This document shows, piece after piece, positions 8,912 through 18,037 of a stretch of 38,934 nt of DNA (positions are counted from its first letter, which is position 1; each line of letters opens with the position of its first letter). The stretch covers positions 1 through 38,934 of the forward strand of contig JAYEJL010000143.1 in assembly GCA_034660555.1 (NCBI GenBank), written 5' to 3'. Below the pieces are notes generated by a model. That model saw nothing but the letters and a program-made list of their open reading frames with translations. It ran no database searches and was not told the DNA's origin. Source of the DNA: Thermotogota bacterium (lineage in GTDB: Bacteria; Thermotogota; Thermotogae; Petrotogales; Kosmotogaceae). The translations under genes were made by a program, and so were the position numbers.

Positions 8912-9760
8912 TTGAAGGTAGCAGTACTGAGCGGAAAAGGTGGAACCGGAAAAACAACAATATCAACGAATCTTGCCTGGGTTCTTTCGATGGAAATGCC
9001 CATTCAACTGGTGGACATGGATACGGAAGAACCCAATTCTCATATTTTTTTTAATGTGGATTTTACCGGTGAAGAATCGACAGATTTGTTAATTCCAGAA
9101 GTAGATAATGAAAAGTGCACAAAATGCGGTAAGTGTGCTGACGTATGCCAATTTGGGGCAATTACGGTTTTTAAAACGGGAGTACTTGTTTTTGATGGAT
9201 TGTGTCACGGTTGTGGAGCATGCAGTATTGTATGTCCTGAAAATGTCATTACCGAAGTTCCAAAAAGCATTGGGAAGATAAAATGGGGGAGAATAAATAA
9301 TAATCTGTCCTTTGCAATGGGTTTGTTAAATATTGGAGAAATGTCTGGAGTACCTATAATAAGGCATTTGAAGAAACATATTGATGACAGCAGAACGGTA
9401 ATCCTTGATTCGCCTCCCGGGGTTAGTTGTCCGGTCGTTGAAACATTGAGAGGAGCAGATTTTGCGGTTCTTGTTACAGAAGCAACGCCCCTTGGATTTC
9501 ATGATCTGTTGCTGGCTGTAGATGTGGTACGTGAGATGAATATACCTCTGGGGGTTGTTATTAACAGAGCTTCAGATGATTATGATCAGGTAGAGAAATA
9601 TGTGGATGTTGAAAATATTCCGTTGCTTGGAAAAATTCCTTATGATAAAAAAATTGCAGAAAAATACTCTAGAGGAGATTTATTTGTAAAAGACGATGAA
9701 AATTGGTTCAAGGAAGTAAGAAACATCTTTGAAAGGATTAAGGTTGTGATTCCTCGATGA
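8912..9760 (+). CDS. MinD-superfamily P-loop ATPase with inserted 2x[4Fe-4S] ferredoxin domain (COG1149-type), copy 1
   Basis: SGKGGTGKTT, CTKCGKCADVC and CHGCGACSIVCP, DSPPGVSCP; TTG start with GAGGTG. Confidence 0.9.
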   Translation: MKVAVLSGKGGTGKTTISTNLAWVLSMEMPIQLVDMDTEEPNSHIFFNVDFTGEESTDLLIPEVDNEKCTKCGKCADVCQFGAITVFKTGVLVFDGLCHGCGACSIVCPENVITEVPKSIGKIKWGRINNNLSFAMGLLNIGEMSGVPIIRHLKKHIDDSRTVILDSPPGVSCPVVETLRGADFAVLVTEATPLGFHDLLLAVDVVREMNIPLGVVINRASDDYDQVEKYVDVENIPLLGKIPYDKKIAEKYSRGDLFVKDDENWFKEVRNIFERIKVVIPR

Positions 9761-10623
9761 AGCAGATAACAATAGTAAGTGGAAAAGGTGGAACCGGAAA
9801 AACAACATTAGCAGCTTCACTTATAGAGATGTTTGATAACCATGTTGCAGCTGATTGTGATGTAGATGCACCAAATTTGTTTCTTCTGACCAATTCGAAG
9901 GTAAAAGAACGCCATGAATATGTTGGCGGTAAGAAAGCGGAAATTCATAACAATTGCATAGCTTGTGGTAAATGCATAGATGTGTGTAGGTTCGATGCAA
10001 TAAATGAGGGACAGCCTTTTACCATCGATCCCTTTGCCTGTGAAGGTTGTAATGCATGTGTACAGGTGTGTCCTGTTGAAGCAATAACAATGGAAGACAG
10101 TAAATCAGGCGATTATTACCTTTCTGAAACAGAAAAATATCCTTTTACACATGCATTACTGGAACCTGGAGAGGAAAGATCTGGAGGTTTGGTGGCAAAA
10201 GTTAGGAAACTTGCCAGTGAAATAACCAGAAAAGAAAACAAAGATTACATAATAATTGATGGCAGCCCGGGCATCGGTTGTTCAACTACTTCCTCTATAA
10301 CCGGGACAAGTTACGTCATTATTGTAACCGAGCCAACTACTTCCGGTATACATGATCTTCAAAGAATTATACAAACTGTGGAGCACTTTAGAAGGGACTT
10401 TTCGGTAGTAGTTAATAAATACGATATAAACCTTGAAAAAACTGAAGAAATAAGAAATTTCTGTATAGAAAAAGGCTACGATCTACTTGGAAAAATTCCT
10501 TATGATGATTATGTAAGGAAGTCTGCTCTTGAAGCAAGGCCAGTTGTTTATTTTGAAGATTCTAAAGCAACTAAATCGATTAAAGAAATTTACAAAAAAT
10601 TACTGGAAAAACTGGGAGGTTAA
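9757..10623 (+). CDS. MinD-superfamily P-loop ATPase with inserted ferredoxin domain, copy 2
   Basis: SGKGGTGKTT, DCDVDAPNL, CIACGKCIDVC, CEGCNACVQVCP, DGSPGIGC; ATGA overlap. Confidence 0.9.
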   Translation: MKQITIVSGKGGTGKTTLAASLIEMFDNHVAADCDVDAPNLFLLTNSKVKERHEYVGGKKAEIHNNCIACGKCIDVCRFDAINEGQPFTIDPFACEGCNACVQVCPVEAITMEDSKSGDYYLSETEKYPFTHALLEPGEERSGGLVAKVRKLASEITRKENKDYIIIDGSPGIGCSTTSSITGTSYVIIVTEPTTSGIHDLQRIIQTVEHFRRDFSVVVNKYDINLEKTEEIRNFCIEKGYDLLGKIPYDDYVRKSALEARPVVYFEDSKATKSIKEIYKKLLEKLGG

Positions 10624-10629
10624 CAGGAT

Positions 10630-10998
10630 ATGATTATTGCAATTCCTGTAATAGATGATAAAGGTGAAAATTCTACCATTTCTGAACATTTTGGTCGTGC
10701 ACAGTACTATGCTTTTGTAGAGACAGAGGAAGATGAGGTTAAATCAATCAATGTCGAAAAAAATCCATTTTCAAGTCATGATCCAGGTGAAATACCGAAT
10801 TATTTAAAATCAAAAGAGGCCAGCGTCGTAATAACACAGGGAGTTGGAAGAAGGGCAAGAGCTTACTTTGAGCGGTTAAAGTTAGAGGTTATAACCGGTG
10901 CTTATGGAACTGTTAAAGAATTAGCCAAAGCTTATGTCAATGGCGGTTTAAGAAGTGTTGATTATACTCCGAAAGAAAAATTCCACGGGCACGGATAA
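10630..10998 (+). CDS. NifB/NifX-like (FeMo-cofactor-binding fold) protein, copy 1
   Basis: IAIPV...ISEHFGRAQYY, VITQGVGRRA; His-rich C-terminus. Confidence 0.85.
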   Translation: MIIAIPVIDDKGENSTISEHFGRAQYYAFVETEEDEVKSINVEKNPFSSHDPGEIPNYLKSKEASVVITQGVGRRARAYFERLKLEVITGAYGTVKELAKAYVNGGLRSVDYTPKEKFHGHG

Positions 10999-11040
10999 TT
11001 TATCGGTTAGCAGGATATAGATTTATTTGGAGGTGAAAAT

Positions 11041-11397
11041 ATGGTAATAGCTGTACCAGTTAAAGAAAAAGCAATGGATGCAACAGTTGATGAAAGATTT
11101 GCAAGATCTGAGCATATGCTTATTTATGATACTGATCAAGATACTGTAAATTATGTAGAAAATAATGATTTAGGAGCTCATGGCGCAGGACCTGTAGTTG
11201 TTGAAAAACTGGTGAACAATAAAGTGAGTCATTTAATTTGTAGAAATCTTGGCAAGAATGCCTATATGGCACTTCAACAGGCGGGAATAAAAGCCTATAT
11301 GGCAAAGGATGGAACAGCAAGAGAAAATATTGAAAGTCTAAAGAGTGGAGATCTAAAATCCTTTTCAACGCCAAGAAACAAACATTACGGCATGTAA
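11041..11397 (+). CDS. NifB/NifX-like protein, copy 2
   Basis: IAVPV...VDERFARS, HGAG, LGKNAYMALQQAGIK. Confidence 0.85.
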   Translation: MVIAVPVKEKAMDATVDERFARSEHMLIYDTDQDTVNYVENNDLGAHGAGPVVVEKLVNNKVSHLICRNLGKNAYMALQQAGIKAYMAKDGTARENIESLKSGDLKSFSTPRNKHYGM

Positions 11398-11458
11398 GGT
11401 TTCTCATAAGTTAACGTTTGAAGGTTTTTAACCGTTATAAAGAAGGGATTTGAATATC

Positions 11459-12421
11459 ATGAAAAGTGAAACGTTGATAAACAAATATGTTTATGGAATT
11501 GTTCCATCCCGCAGACTTGGTAGATCACTTGGCGTATCACCAATTCCATTTAAAACGTGCAATCACTCCTGTATTTACTGTCAGCTTGGTAGAACAACCA
11601 GAATGATAAATACACGAACCAATTTTTTTCCTCATGAAGAAATAATTGACGAGGTAAGAAAATATGTTCAACGAGTTGGTGAAGAAGCCTTTGATGTTGT
11701 TACTATTGTGGGAGAAGGGGAACCTTTACTTTATAAGCCTATTGATAAACTAATCGAAAAGATCAAAATTATTACAAGTAAACCGCTGGTAGTAATTACA
11801 AATGGAACGTTCCTTATGGAAAAAGAAGTGAGAGAAGAAATTTCAGATAGTGATGTAGTTATGCCCACACTTGATGCCTGGGATGAAGAAAGTTACAGAA
11901 GAATCAATAGACCTCATAAAGATTTGCATTATGATGATTTTTATAATGGTCTTGTCGAATTTTCACATAGTTTCAGGGGCGAAGTCTGGCTTGAAGTAAT
12001 GATAATGAAAAATATAAATGATTCATATAGCAATATCCGAAGAATAGGTAGAAGAATAAAGAATATAGATCCTGACAGGGTTTATATAAACGTTCCTGTA
12101 AGACCACCAGCAGAAAAATATGTCGACATTCCCGATAAAGCTGAGATTGATTTTGCCAAGGATGTTTTTAAAGCAGAAAGCATAGAAAAAATACAAAAAG
12201 GAGATTTTTCTTCTCTTGAGGAAGATGCATTGCAGGGAGTTATACAGATAATCAAACGCCATCCTATGAAAGAAAGTGAAATAAAACAATTTGTGCTTTC
12301 GATGAAAGACGAGAATGAGTTTCAAAAAGTTCTAGAAAGATTACATAAACATAACAATGTTGAGATAATTGAAAAAAATGATCAGAGATTTTTCCGTTTC
12401 AAATTTGAAAAGGAGGATTAA
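11459..12421 (+). CDS. Radical SAM protein (COG0731-type Fe-S oxidoreductase)
   Basis: YGIVPSRRLGRSLG, CNHSCIYC, GEGEP, ITNG, VRPPAE. Confidence 0.88.
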   Translation: MKSETLINKYVYGIVPSRRLGRSLGVSPIPFKTCNHSCIYCQLGRTTRMINTRTNFFPHEEIIDEVRKYVQRVGEEAFDVVTIVGEGEPLLYKPIDKLIEKIKIITSKPLVVITNGTFLMEKEVREEISDSDVVMPTLDAWDEESYRRINRPHKDLHYDDFYNGLVEFSHSFRGEVWLEVMIMKNINDSYSNIRRIGRRIKNIDPDRVYINVPVRPPAEKYVDIPDKAEIDFAKDVFKAESIEKIQKGDFSSLEEDALQGVIQIIKRHPMKESEIKQFVLSMKDENEFQKVLERLHKHNNVEIIEKNDQRFFRFKFEKED

Positions 12422-12424
12422 ATC

Positions 12425-13771
12425 ATGAAAAAAGATGTTGTAATACTTGGAGGTGGACCCGCTGGAATAATAACAGCGACCACAGCAAAGAAGAATTATC
12501 CAGATAAAAGTGTAACTATTGTTAGGAAGGAAGAGACAGGGCTTGTACCATGTGGTATACCTTATATATTCGGTACATTGAGTTCAGTTGAACAGAATGT
12601 AATGGGAATTGATGGGCCAAAAGAACTGGGTGTCGAATTCATTATTGACGAAATAAAACAGGTAGATTTTGAATCCAAGAAACTTATCGGAGAAAACAAT
12701 GAAATTTCTTATGAAAAACTAATTATTGCGACAGGCTCTGTTCCCACCGTTCCGCCAATTAATGGTACAGAATTGAATGGTGTTTTCTCCATAAAAAAAG
12801 ACAAAAACTATCTTGAAAAAGTTTATGAATATGCGAGAAATATTGAAAATGTTACGGTTATAGGTGGCGGTTTTATAGGTGTTGAAGTAAGTGATGAATT
12901 AAGAAAAATGGGGGAAAAAGTCACCTTAATTGAAGCCATGGGACATTTACTACCTGCTGCCTATGATGAAGATTTTGGTGATCTTGCACAAGAAACGCTG
13001 GAATCACATGGAGTAACTGTTAAGACTAATTCACTTGTTAAGGAAATTTATGGAGATTCAAAGGTTGAAAAAATTGTGACCAAGGATGGAGAAGAGATTG
13101 AAACAGACATGGTAGTGCTTGCCACAGGATATAAACCTAATGTGGAAGCGTTCAAAGGTACTGATTTACATATAGGTCACAGTGGAGGAATCTGGGTAGA
13201 TGAATATATGAGGACAAGCATTGATGATGTTTTTGCTGCTGGCGATTGTGTTGAACACAAAGATTTCTTTACAAGAAGGCCAAGTAATTTAATGCTTGCT
13301 TCTACAGCAGTGTTTGATGCGAGAATTGCTGGAGCAAATCTATATCATTTGGTGGTTGTCAGAGAAAACCATGGCAATCTTGGTATTTTTTCAACATCTA
13401 TTGAAAATTTAACCCTTGGAGCTGCGGGTATGACATGCAGAAAAGCTGAAAAGGAAGCCTTTAAGTGTGTTATAGGTGAAGCTGAAAGTATTGATCGTCA
13501 TCCTGGTACATTGCCAGATAAAAATAAATTGAAGGTAAAACTGCTTTTTTCTGAAGAAAGTGGAATATTGCTTGGAGCACAGATTGCAGGTGGGAAAAGT
13601 GTTGGTGAAATAATTAATATGATAGGTTTAGGTTTGCAAAAGGGTATTACAGTAAATGACCTTGTAACCATGCAGATTGGAACACATCCATTGCTGACCT
13701 CTGCTCCAACAAAATATCCTTTGATAACTGCTGCAGAATCAGCACTTATGAAACTTAGAAACTATGCGTAG
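12425..13771 (+). CDS. FAD-dependent NAD(P)H oxidoreductase, CoA-disulfide reductase / NADH oxidase / polysulfide reductase family
   Basis: GGGPAG, single redox Cys in PCGIPY, ATGS, GGGFIGVE, FAAGDC, C-terminal THP dimerisation domain. Confidence 0.88.
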   Translation: MKKDVVILGGGPAGIITATTAKKNYPDKSVTIVRKEETGLVPCGIPYIFGTLSSVEQNVMGIDGPKELGVEFIIDEIKQVDFESKKLIGENNEISYEKLIIATGSVPTVPPINGTELNGVFSIKKDKNYLEKVYEYARNIENVTVIGGGFIGVEVSDELRKMGEKVTLIEAMGHLLPAAYDEDFGDLAQETLESHGVTVKTNSLVKEIYGDSKVEKIVTKDGEEIETDMVVLATGYKPNVEAFKGTDLHIGHSGGIWVDEYMRTSIDDVFAAGDCVEHKDFFTRRPSNLMLASTAVFDARIAGANLYHLVVVRENHGNLGIFSTSIENLTLGAAGMTCRKAEKEAFKCVIGEAESIDRHPGTLPDKNKLKVKLLFSEESGILLGAQIAGGKSVGEIINMIGLGLQKGITVNDLVTMQIGTHPLLTSAPTKYPLITAAESALMKLRNYA

Positions 13772-13795
13772 AGTAGTAAATTAGGAGTGATCTGA

Positions 13796-14170
13796 TTGCC
13801 ATTTTTCAGGAGGGGATTTGGTCCCGGAAAGGGTAGAGGCATTGCCAGAATATGGAGGGCAGCTTTTATACTTCTTTTGCTGGCAGAAAAACCGTCTCAT
13901 GGATACGAGCTTGCTTCAAGACTTGAGGAATTTGATTTGGGAAGCAGCAGTATCGGTCAGATGGGTGGTTTGTACAGAATTCTTACAGAACTGGAAGCTG
14001 AAGAACTGGTTGTAGCCGAATGGAATACCTCTGTACCAGGACCGGCAAAAAAAGAATACCGTATAACATCTAAAGGCAGAACATTTTTATCACGAATAGC
14101 TGACGATTTTAAAAACACAAAGAAGATACTTGATCGTTTTATTGACAGGCATGATGTAATCAATAATTAG
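13796..14170 (+). CDS. PadR-family transcriptional regulator
   Basis: ILLLLAEKPSHGYEL, GLYRILTELE, W...GPAKKEYRITSKGR; TTG start with AGGAG. Confidence 0.88.
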   Translation: MPFFRRGFGPGKGRGIARIWRAAFILLLLAEKPSHGYELASRLEEFDLGSSSIGQMGGLYRILTELEAEELVVAEWNTSVPGPAKKEYRITSKGRTFLSRIADDFKNTKKILDRFIDRHDVINN

Positions 14171-14298
14171 TGGTTTATTTTTTTGTTATAAAAGTATGTT
14201 TGTTAAATTGTAGTTATTAAGTGGATAATGTGATATGTTTTTCGATGAACACATTCTTACTATGTTTTCAAACGTTAAAAAGAGTGGTGAGATTATCT

Positions 14299-15036
14299 AT
14301 GGTTGATAAAGATCATCGGGAACTTATTAGCATTATTCAACGGGAACTGGAAAGTAAGGCTGATTATAGTTATTTAAAAAGCACAACAAGGTTTTTTAAG
14401 AAGCAAGATTTGAAGGAAATAAAAAGCTTATCGCACGGAAATAGAACTCCTGTTGTAAGGAGGATCGCTGCGGATTATTATAAGAAAATTAAGAATTTAG
14501 AGAAATCAAAAATTCTTAATTTATGTGAGTACTTATTGGCCACAAATTATTCTGAAGAAAGAACTATTGCCTTCAACTGGGCGTTCAGATTAAAGAAAAA
14601 ATTGAATAAAGAAGAATTCTGGAGATTTGAACGCTGGTTGATGCAATATGTACATCACTGGGGATCCTGTGACGATCTCTGTACTCATGCCTTTGGATAT
14701 CTATTGTACAGGTATCCAGAACTGATTGATAAGACAGTAAGCTGGAGAAAATCCGATAATCGCTGGTTTAGACGGGCAAGTGCTGTCATTCTTATTTATT
14801 CTGTCAGGAGAAAAAAATTTCTTAAAGAGGTTTTTGAAAGCTGTGATGAATTGATCACGGATGAAGATGATTTAGTAAGAAAAGGATATGGTTGGTTACT
14901 TAAAGAGGCTGGGAATAAATTTCAAAATGAAGTTTTCGATTATGTAATGGAAAACCGGGAAAGAATGCCCAGGGTTTCTTTACGATATGCGATAGAGAAA
15001 TATCCTGAAGAAATGAGAAGAAAGGCTCTGGCTTGA
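14299..15036 (+). CDS. DNA alkylation repair protein (AlkD-like HEAT-repeat glycosylase family)
   Basis: HWGSCDDLC, WRKSDNRWFRRAS, DDLVRKGYGWLLKE, LRYAIEK. Confidence 0.85.
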   Translation: MVDKDHRELISIIQRELESKADYSYLKSTTRFFKKQDLKEIKSLSHGNRTPVVRRIAADYYKKIKNLEKSKILNLCEYLLATNYSEERTIAFNWAFRLKKKLNKEEFWRFERWLMQYVHHWGSCDDLCTHAFGYLLYRYPELIDKTVSWRKSDNRWFRRASAVILIYSVRRKKFLKEVFESCDELITDEDDLVRKGYGWLLKEAGNKFQNEVFDYVMENRERMPRVSLRYAIEKYPEEMRRKALA

Positions 15037-15047
15037 GTTGGTTTTTT

Positions 15048-15806
15048 ATGAAATTTGAAGAAATGAACAGAAGAATTTTGAACTGTAAAAAATGCAGACT
15101 GTCAGAAACAAGAAAACATCCGGTCATTGGTGAAGGTAATCCTGATTCATTTTTCATGATTGTAGCCCAGGCGCCAGGAGAGAAAGAAGATGAGAAGGGA
15201 AAGATGTTTGTTGGTCCTTCCGGAGATGTTCTATTTGATTTGCTGGATAAGATTGATCTTAAAAAAGAAGAGGTTTACATGACCAATCTTATAAAATGTA
15301 TGTTGCCGAACAATAGAAAGCCAAAACAGGATGAAATAGATGCATGCAGTGTTTATCTTGATAATGAACTTAACGAAGTTACCTCTTCTGTTGTCATAAC
15401 GCTGGGGCATTATGCTTCAAGGTATTTACTAAAAAAGAATGAAATTGAACTTCCCAATAAGTCTGACTTTCATGATATTTATGGTAAGCTATTTTTGGGT
15501 AAAGGAATGAAAATTCTTCCACTTGAACATCCAGCTGTAATACTCCATAACCAAGAGACAAAAGAGATGCTTCAAAGTCATTACCGGAAAATAAAAGTTT
15601 TGCAAAATGAATGCAAGTGGTTCCCCGTATGTCCTATGAAAAGATTTAATGAACTAGGTAAACTTGATGATAGTTGGATAAAGTTGTACTGCAAAGGTGA
15701 TTGGGAAAGCTGTGTAAGATATCAAATGGAAGAAAATGGTGTTCCACACCCCGATTGGATGTTACCTGATGGTACCATCGATGAAAATCTACGCCCAGGG
15801 AGGTGA
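15048..15806 (+). CDS. Family-4-type uracil-DNA glycosylase with an extra C-terminal Cys-rich domain
   Basis: CKKC, AQAPGEKED, FVGPSG, TNLIKC, NRKP...C, HPA; C-terminal Cx5Cx19Cx6C...MLPDG. Confidence 0.85.
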   Translation: MKFEEMNRRILNCKKCRLSETRKHPVIGEGNPDSFFMIVAQAPGEKEDEKGKMFVGPSGDVLFDLLDKIDLKKEEVYMTNLIKCMLPNNRKPKQDEIDACSVYLDNELNEVTSSVVITLGHYASRYLLKKNEIELPNKSDFHDIYGKLFLGKGMKILPLEHPAVILHNQETKEMLQSHYRKIKVLQNECKWFPVCPMKRFNELGKLDDSWIKLYCKGDWESCVRYQMEENGVPHPDWMLPDGTIDENLRPGR

Positions 15807-15810
15807 AATT

Positions 15811-16452
15811 ATGAAAATTACTATTATTTACGATAACACCACATGGAAAAAAGAACTTCAATCTGACTGGGGCTTTTCATGCTTGGTTGAAGCGTATGGA
15901 AAAAACATACTCTTTGATACCGGTACAAAGGGTGAAATACTACTATCTAACATGAAAAAACTGGATATCGATCCTAAAAAAATCGAAGAGATATTTATTT
16001 CACATTCTCATTATGATCATATTGGAGGACTTGCGGCATTTCTTGAAGTAAACAATAATGTTGATATCTGGTTACCTCATCATATTCCAGGGATTAGAGT
16101 TTCAGAAAACAAAAAAGTCTACGAAGTAACGTCCCCTCAAAAAATGCACGAAGGAATATTTTCTACAGGTATGCTTGACGAGATAGAACAATCCATGTGT
16201 GTTGAAACCGAAAAGGGTGTTTTAATTGTAGCTGGTTGCTCTCACCCAAGTTTTAGTAAGATGCGAAATGCTGCTTCAAAATTTGGAAAGGTTTATGGTG
16301 TTTTGGGTGGATTGCATGGAACCAGACCTGAATCTTTAGAAGGTTTTGAATTTATCTGCGCAACCCATTGCACACAACATAAGGATGAGATAAAGAAGCT
16401 TTACCAGGAACAATATGTTGAAGGCGGTGCTGGTAAAGTTATAGAGGTATGA
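15811..16452 (+). CDS. MBL-fold metallo-hydrolase (COG1237-type), copy 2
   Basis: WGFSCLVE, LFDTG, SHSHYDHIGG, GCSHP, GGLH, HCT; RBS GGAGGTG before ATG 15811. Confidence 0.88.
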   Translation: MKITIIYDNTTWKKELQSDWGFSCLVEAYGKNILFDTGTKGEILLSNMKKLDIDPKKIEEIFISHSHYDHIGGLAAFLEVNNNVDIWLPHHIPGIRVSENKKVYEVTSPQKMHEGIFSTGMLDEIEQSMCVETEKGVLIVAGCSHPSFSKMRNAASKFGKVYGVLGGLHGTRPESLEGFEFICATHCTQHKDEIKKLYQEQYVEGGAGKVIEV

Positions 16453-16575
16453 ATTTTAGCAATAAACAAAACTGACCGATGAATATCTTCTTTCCAAAAT
16501 AAAACTCCCTTCATTGTATAACTTTTTTCGTTTATGATAATATAATTCTATGCAAAAAATACAGGGGGGATAATT

Positions 16576-17745
16576 TTGTTTACTTACAAAAGGGTTAAAG
16601 AAATTGATGAAGCTGCAAAAATGGCTTTCTTTTCCTTTGGAATAAAGCACGATAAACAGAAACCTTTTAAAAAATACTTGAGCAAATTACTGGAGTCAAA
16701 TGTCGAGTTATTTGGTGCTTATGATGGTAAAAAGCCCGTAGCAGCTTATCTACTATATCCATTTGAGATGAAGTTCAGAGAGGATATGGTTCCCATGGGT
16801 GGTATTGGACTGGTATGTTCCAGACCTGATTATCGAGGAAAAGGCGCAGTTAAATTCATGTTGAAAGAAGCAATAAAAACAATGATTCAAAAGGGAATGA
16901 GGGTTTCGGTGCTATATCCTTTTAATATTGATTTTTATCGTAAGTACGGATGGGAACTTTTTTTCACGAGGAAGATAATTACACTGTCTCCCGGTCAGCT
17001 AAAAAAATCTTCCGTTGAAGGTATTGAAGCAACTTACTATCAATACCCGGATGAAGACATAAAAAATTACTACAATAAAAGAGCAAAGAGTTTTTACAAT
17101 TTTGCTTTACGGGATGATTATATCTGGCACAGACATTTGGACAACGAAATATCAGGTAGTGCTTCTGAAGGAGTAGTTAAATTTGAAAAAGATGGTAAAG
17201 AAGTTGGAATGTTTACACTTCAAATAGGTTCTGAAGATTTTGGCTCGAAGGCTTCGGTTGGATCAATGATCTACGATAATGAAGAGGTTAAACGTGCAAT
17301 GTTCGATTATCTGAGAAAATTATCTCATCAGGTTTCAAAAATAGAGCTCTGGGTATCCGAAGATTTTTTAATATGGCCATATTTATCTGATAGACCTTCT
17401 AGCATTAATAAAAGATATGCAGGCATGATACGAGTTAATTCAATGAGTTTACTTGATGGATTGAGAATCGGCAATGCAAAAATTAACTTTTCCATCAACA
17501 TCAAAGATAAAACAATCAAAGAAAACGAAGGAACGTGGAAACTAACAAGCCACGAAGGCATTCTTTCGGTTACAAAGAGTTCTGAAAGTCCTGATCTGGA
17601 AACCGATATAGGTACCTTTTCTTCTATTATGTCCGGTTTCACTGATTTCTCAGAAATGATTTTAGCAAACAGGGTGAAAATATTTAATAACAACTGTGAA
17701 TGTGATTTTGAAAAGACAATTACATTTCACTTTGAAAGTTTTTAG
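16576..17745 (+). CDS. Eis-like GNAT acetyltransferase
   Basis: VCSRPDYRGKG, LYPFNIDFYRKYGWE, second GNAT-like domain and SCP2-like C-terminus. Confidence 0.85.
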   Translation: MFTYKRVKEIDEAAKMAFFSFGIKHDKQKPFKKYLSKLLESNVELFGAYDGKKPVAAYLLYPFEMKFREDMVPMGGIGLVCSRPDYRGKGAVKFMLKEAIKTMIQKGMRVSVLYPFNIDFYRKYGWELFFTRKIITLSPGQLKKSSVEGIEATYYQYPDEDIKNYYNKRAKSFYNFALRDDYIWHRHLDNEISGSASEGVVKFEKDGKEVGMFTLQIGSEDFGSKASVGSMIYDNEEVKRAMFDYLRKLSHQVSKIELWVSEDFLIWPYLSDRPSSINKRYAGMIRVNSMSLLDGLRIGNAKINFSINIKDKTIKENEGTWKLTSHEGILSVTKSSESPDLETDIGTFSSIMSGFTDFSEMILANRVKIFNNNCECDFEKTITFHFESF

Positions 17746-17764
17746 TTAGTAAAGCAAATATTTT

Positions 17765-17798
17765 AAAGCCATCAGTAAAATAACTGATGGCTTTTTTT
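17765..17798 (+). terminator. Intrinsic terminator
   Basis: AAAGCCATCAGT-aaaata-ACTGATGGCTTT plus T tract. Confidence 0.85.
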
Positions 17799-17955
17799 AT
17801 TTTATTGATATGAATCGAAAAAATATGTATCTACTTATAAATTTAGTATTTTGTTTATTACGCTTATATTCCTTATAGAAAGTGATTTATGTACATTTTT
17901 GTTCATTCTGTCAGAGTAGGATTTGTAATAATTCATAAATATTTTGAATCAATAC

Positions 17956-18000
17956 TTGAAATATATCTATATTATATGGTATATTTTGAAATGAAATATA
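17956..18000 (+). promoter_or_regulatory. Promoter of the MFS gene with a repeated TGAAATATA motif
   Basis: TTGAAA-18 bp-(TGG)TATATT; TGAAATATA at 17957 and 17992. Confidence 0.35.
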
Positions 18001-18037
18001 AATAATATTATAAAAGTTGAAATGGCAGGTGAAAAAA

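Noticed and set aside
11109..11122. Near-palindrome TGAGCATATGCTTA as an operator
   Set aside because: Lies inside a coding sequence (SEHMLI) with no adjacent promoter
10630..11397. Nitrogen fixation genes
   Set aside because: Stand-alone NifB/NifX-fold proteins are common in non-diazotrophs; no nifHDK/EN here, and the ATPases are not NifH
2250..12421. RiPP cluster (TldD/PmbA + small peptide + radical SAM)
   Set aside because: tldD-pmbA is a common housekeeping pair, terminated and separated by hutU; the radical SAM has no visible SPASM/RRE domain; no YcaO or leader-core precursor
11459..12421. Wyosine (TYW1) tRNA modification enzyme
   Set aside because: Family label only; wyosine is an archaeal/eukaryotic modification and the context does not support it
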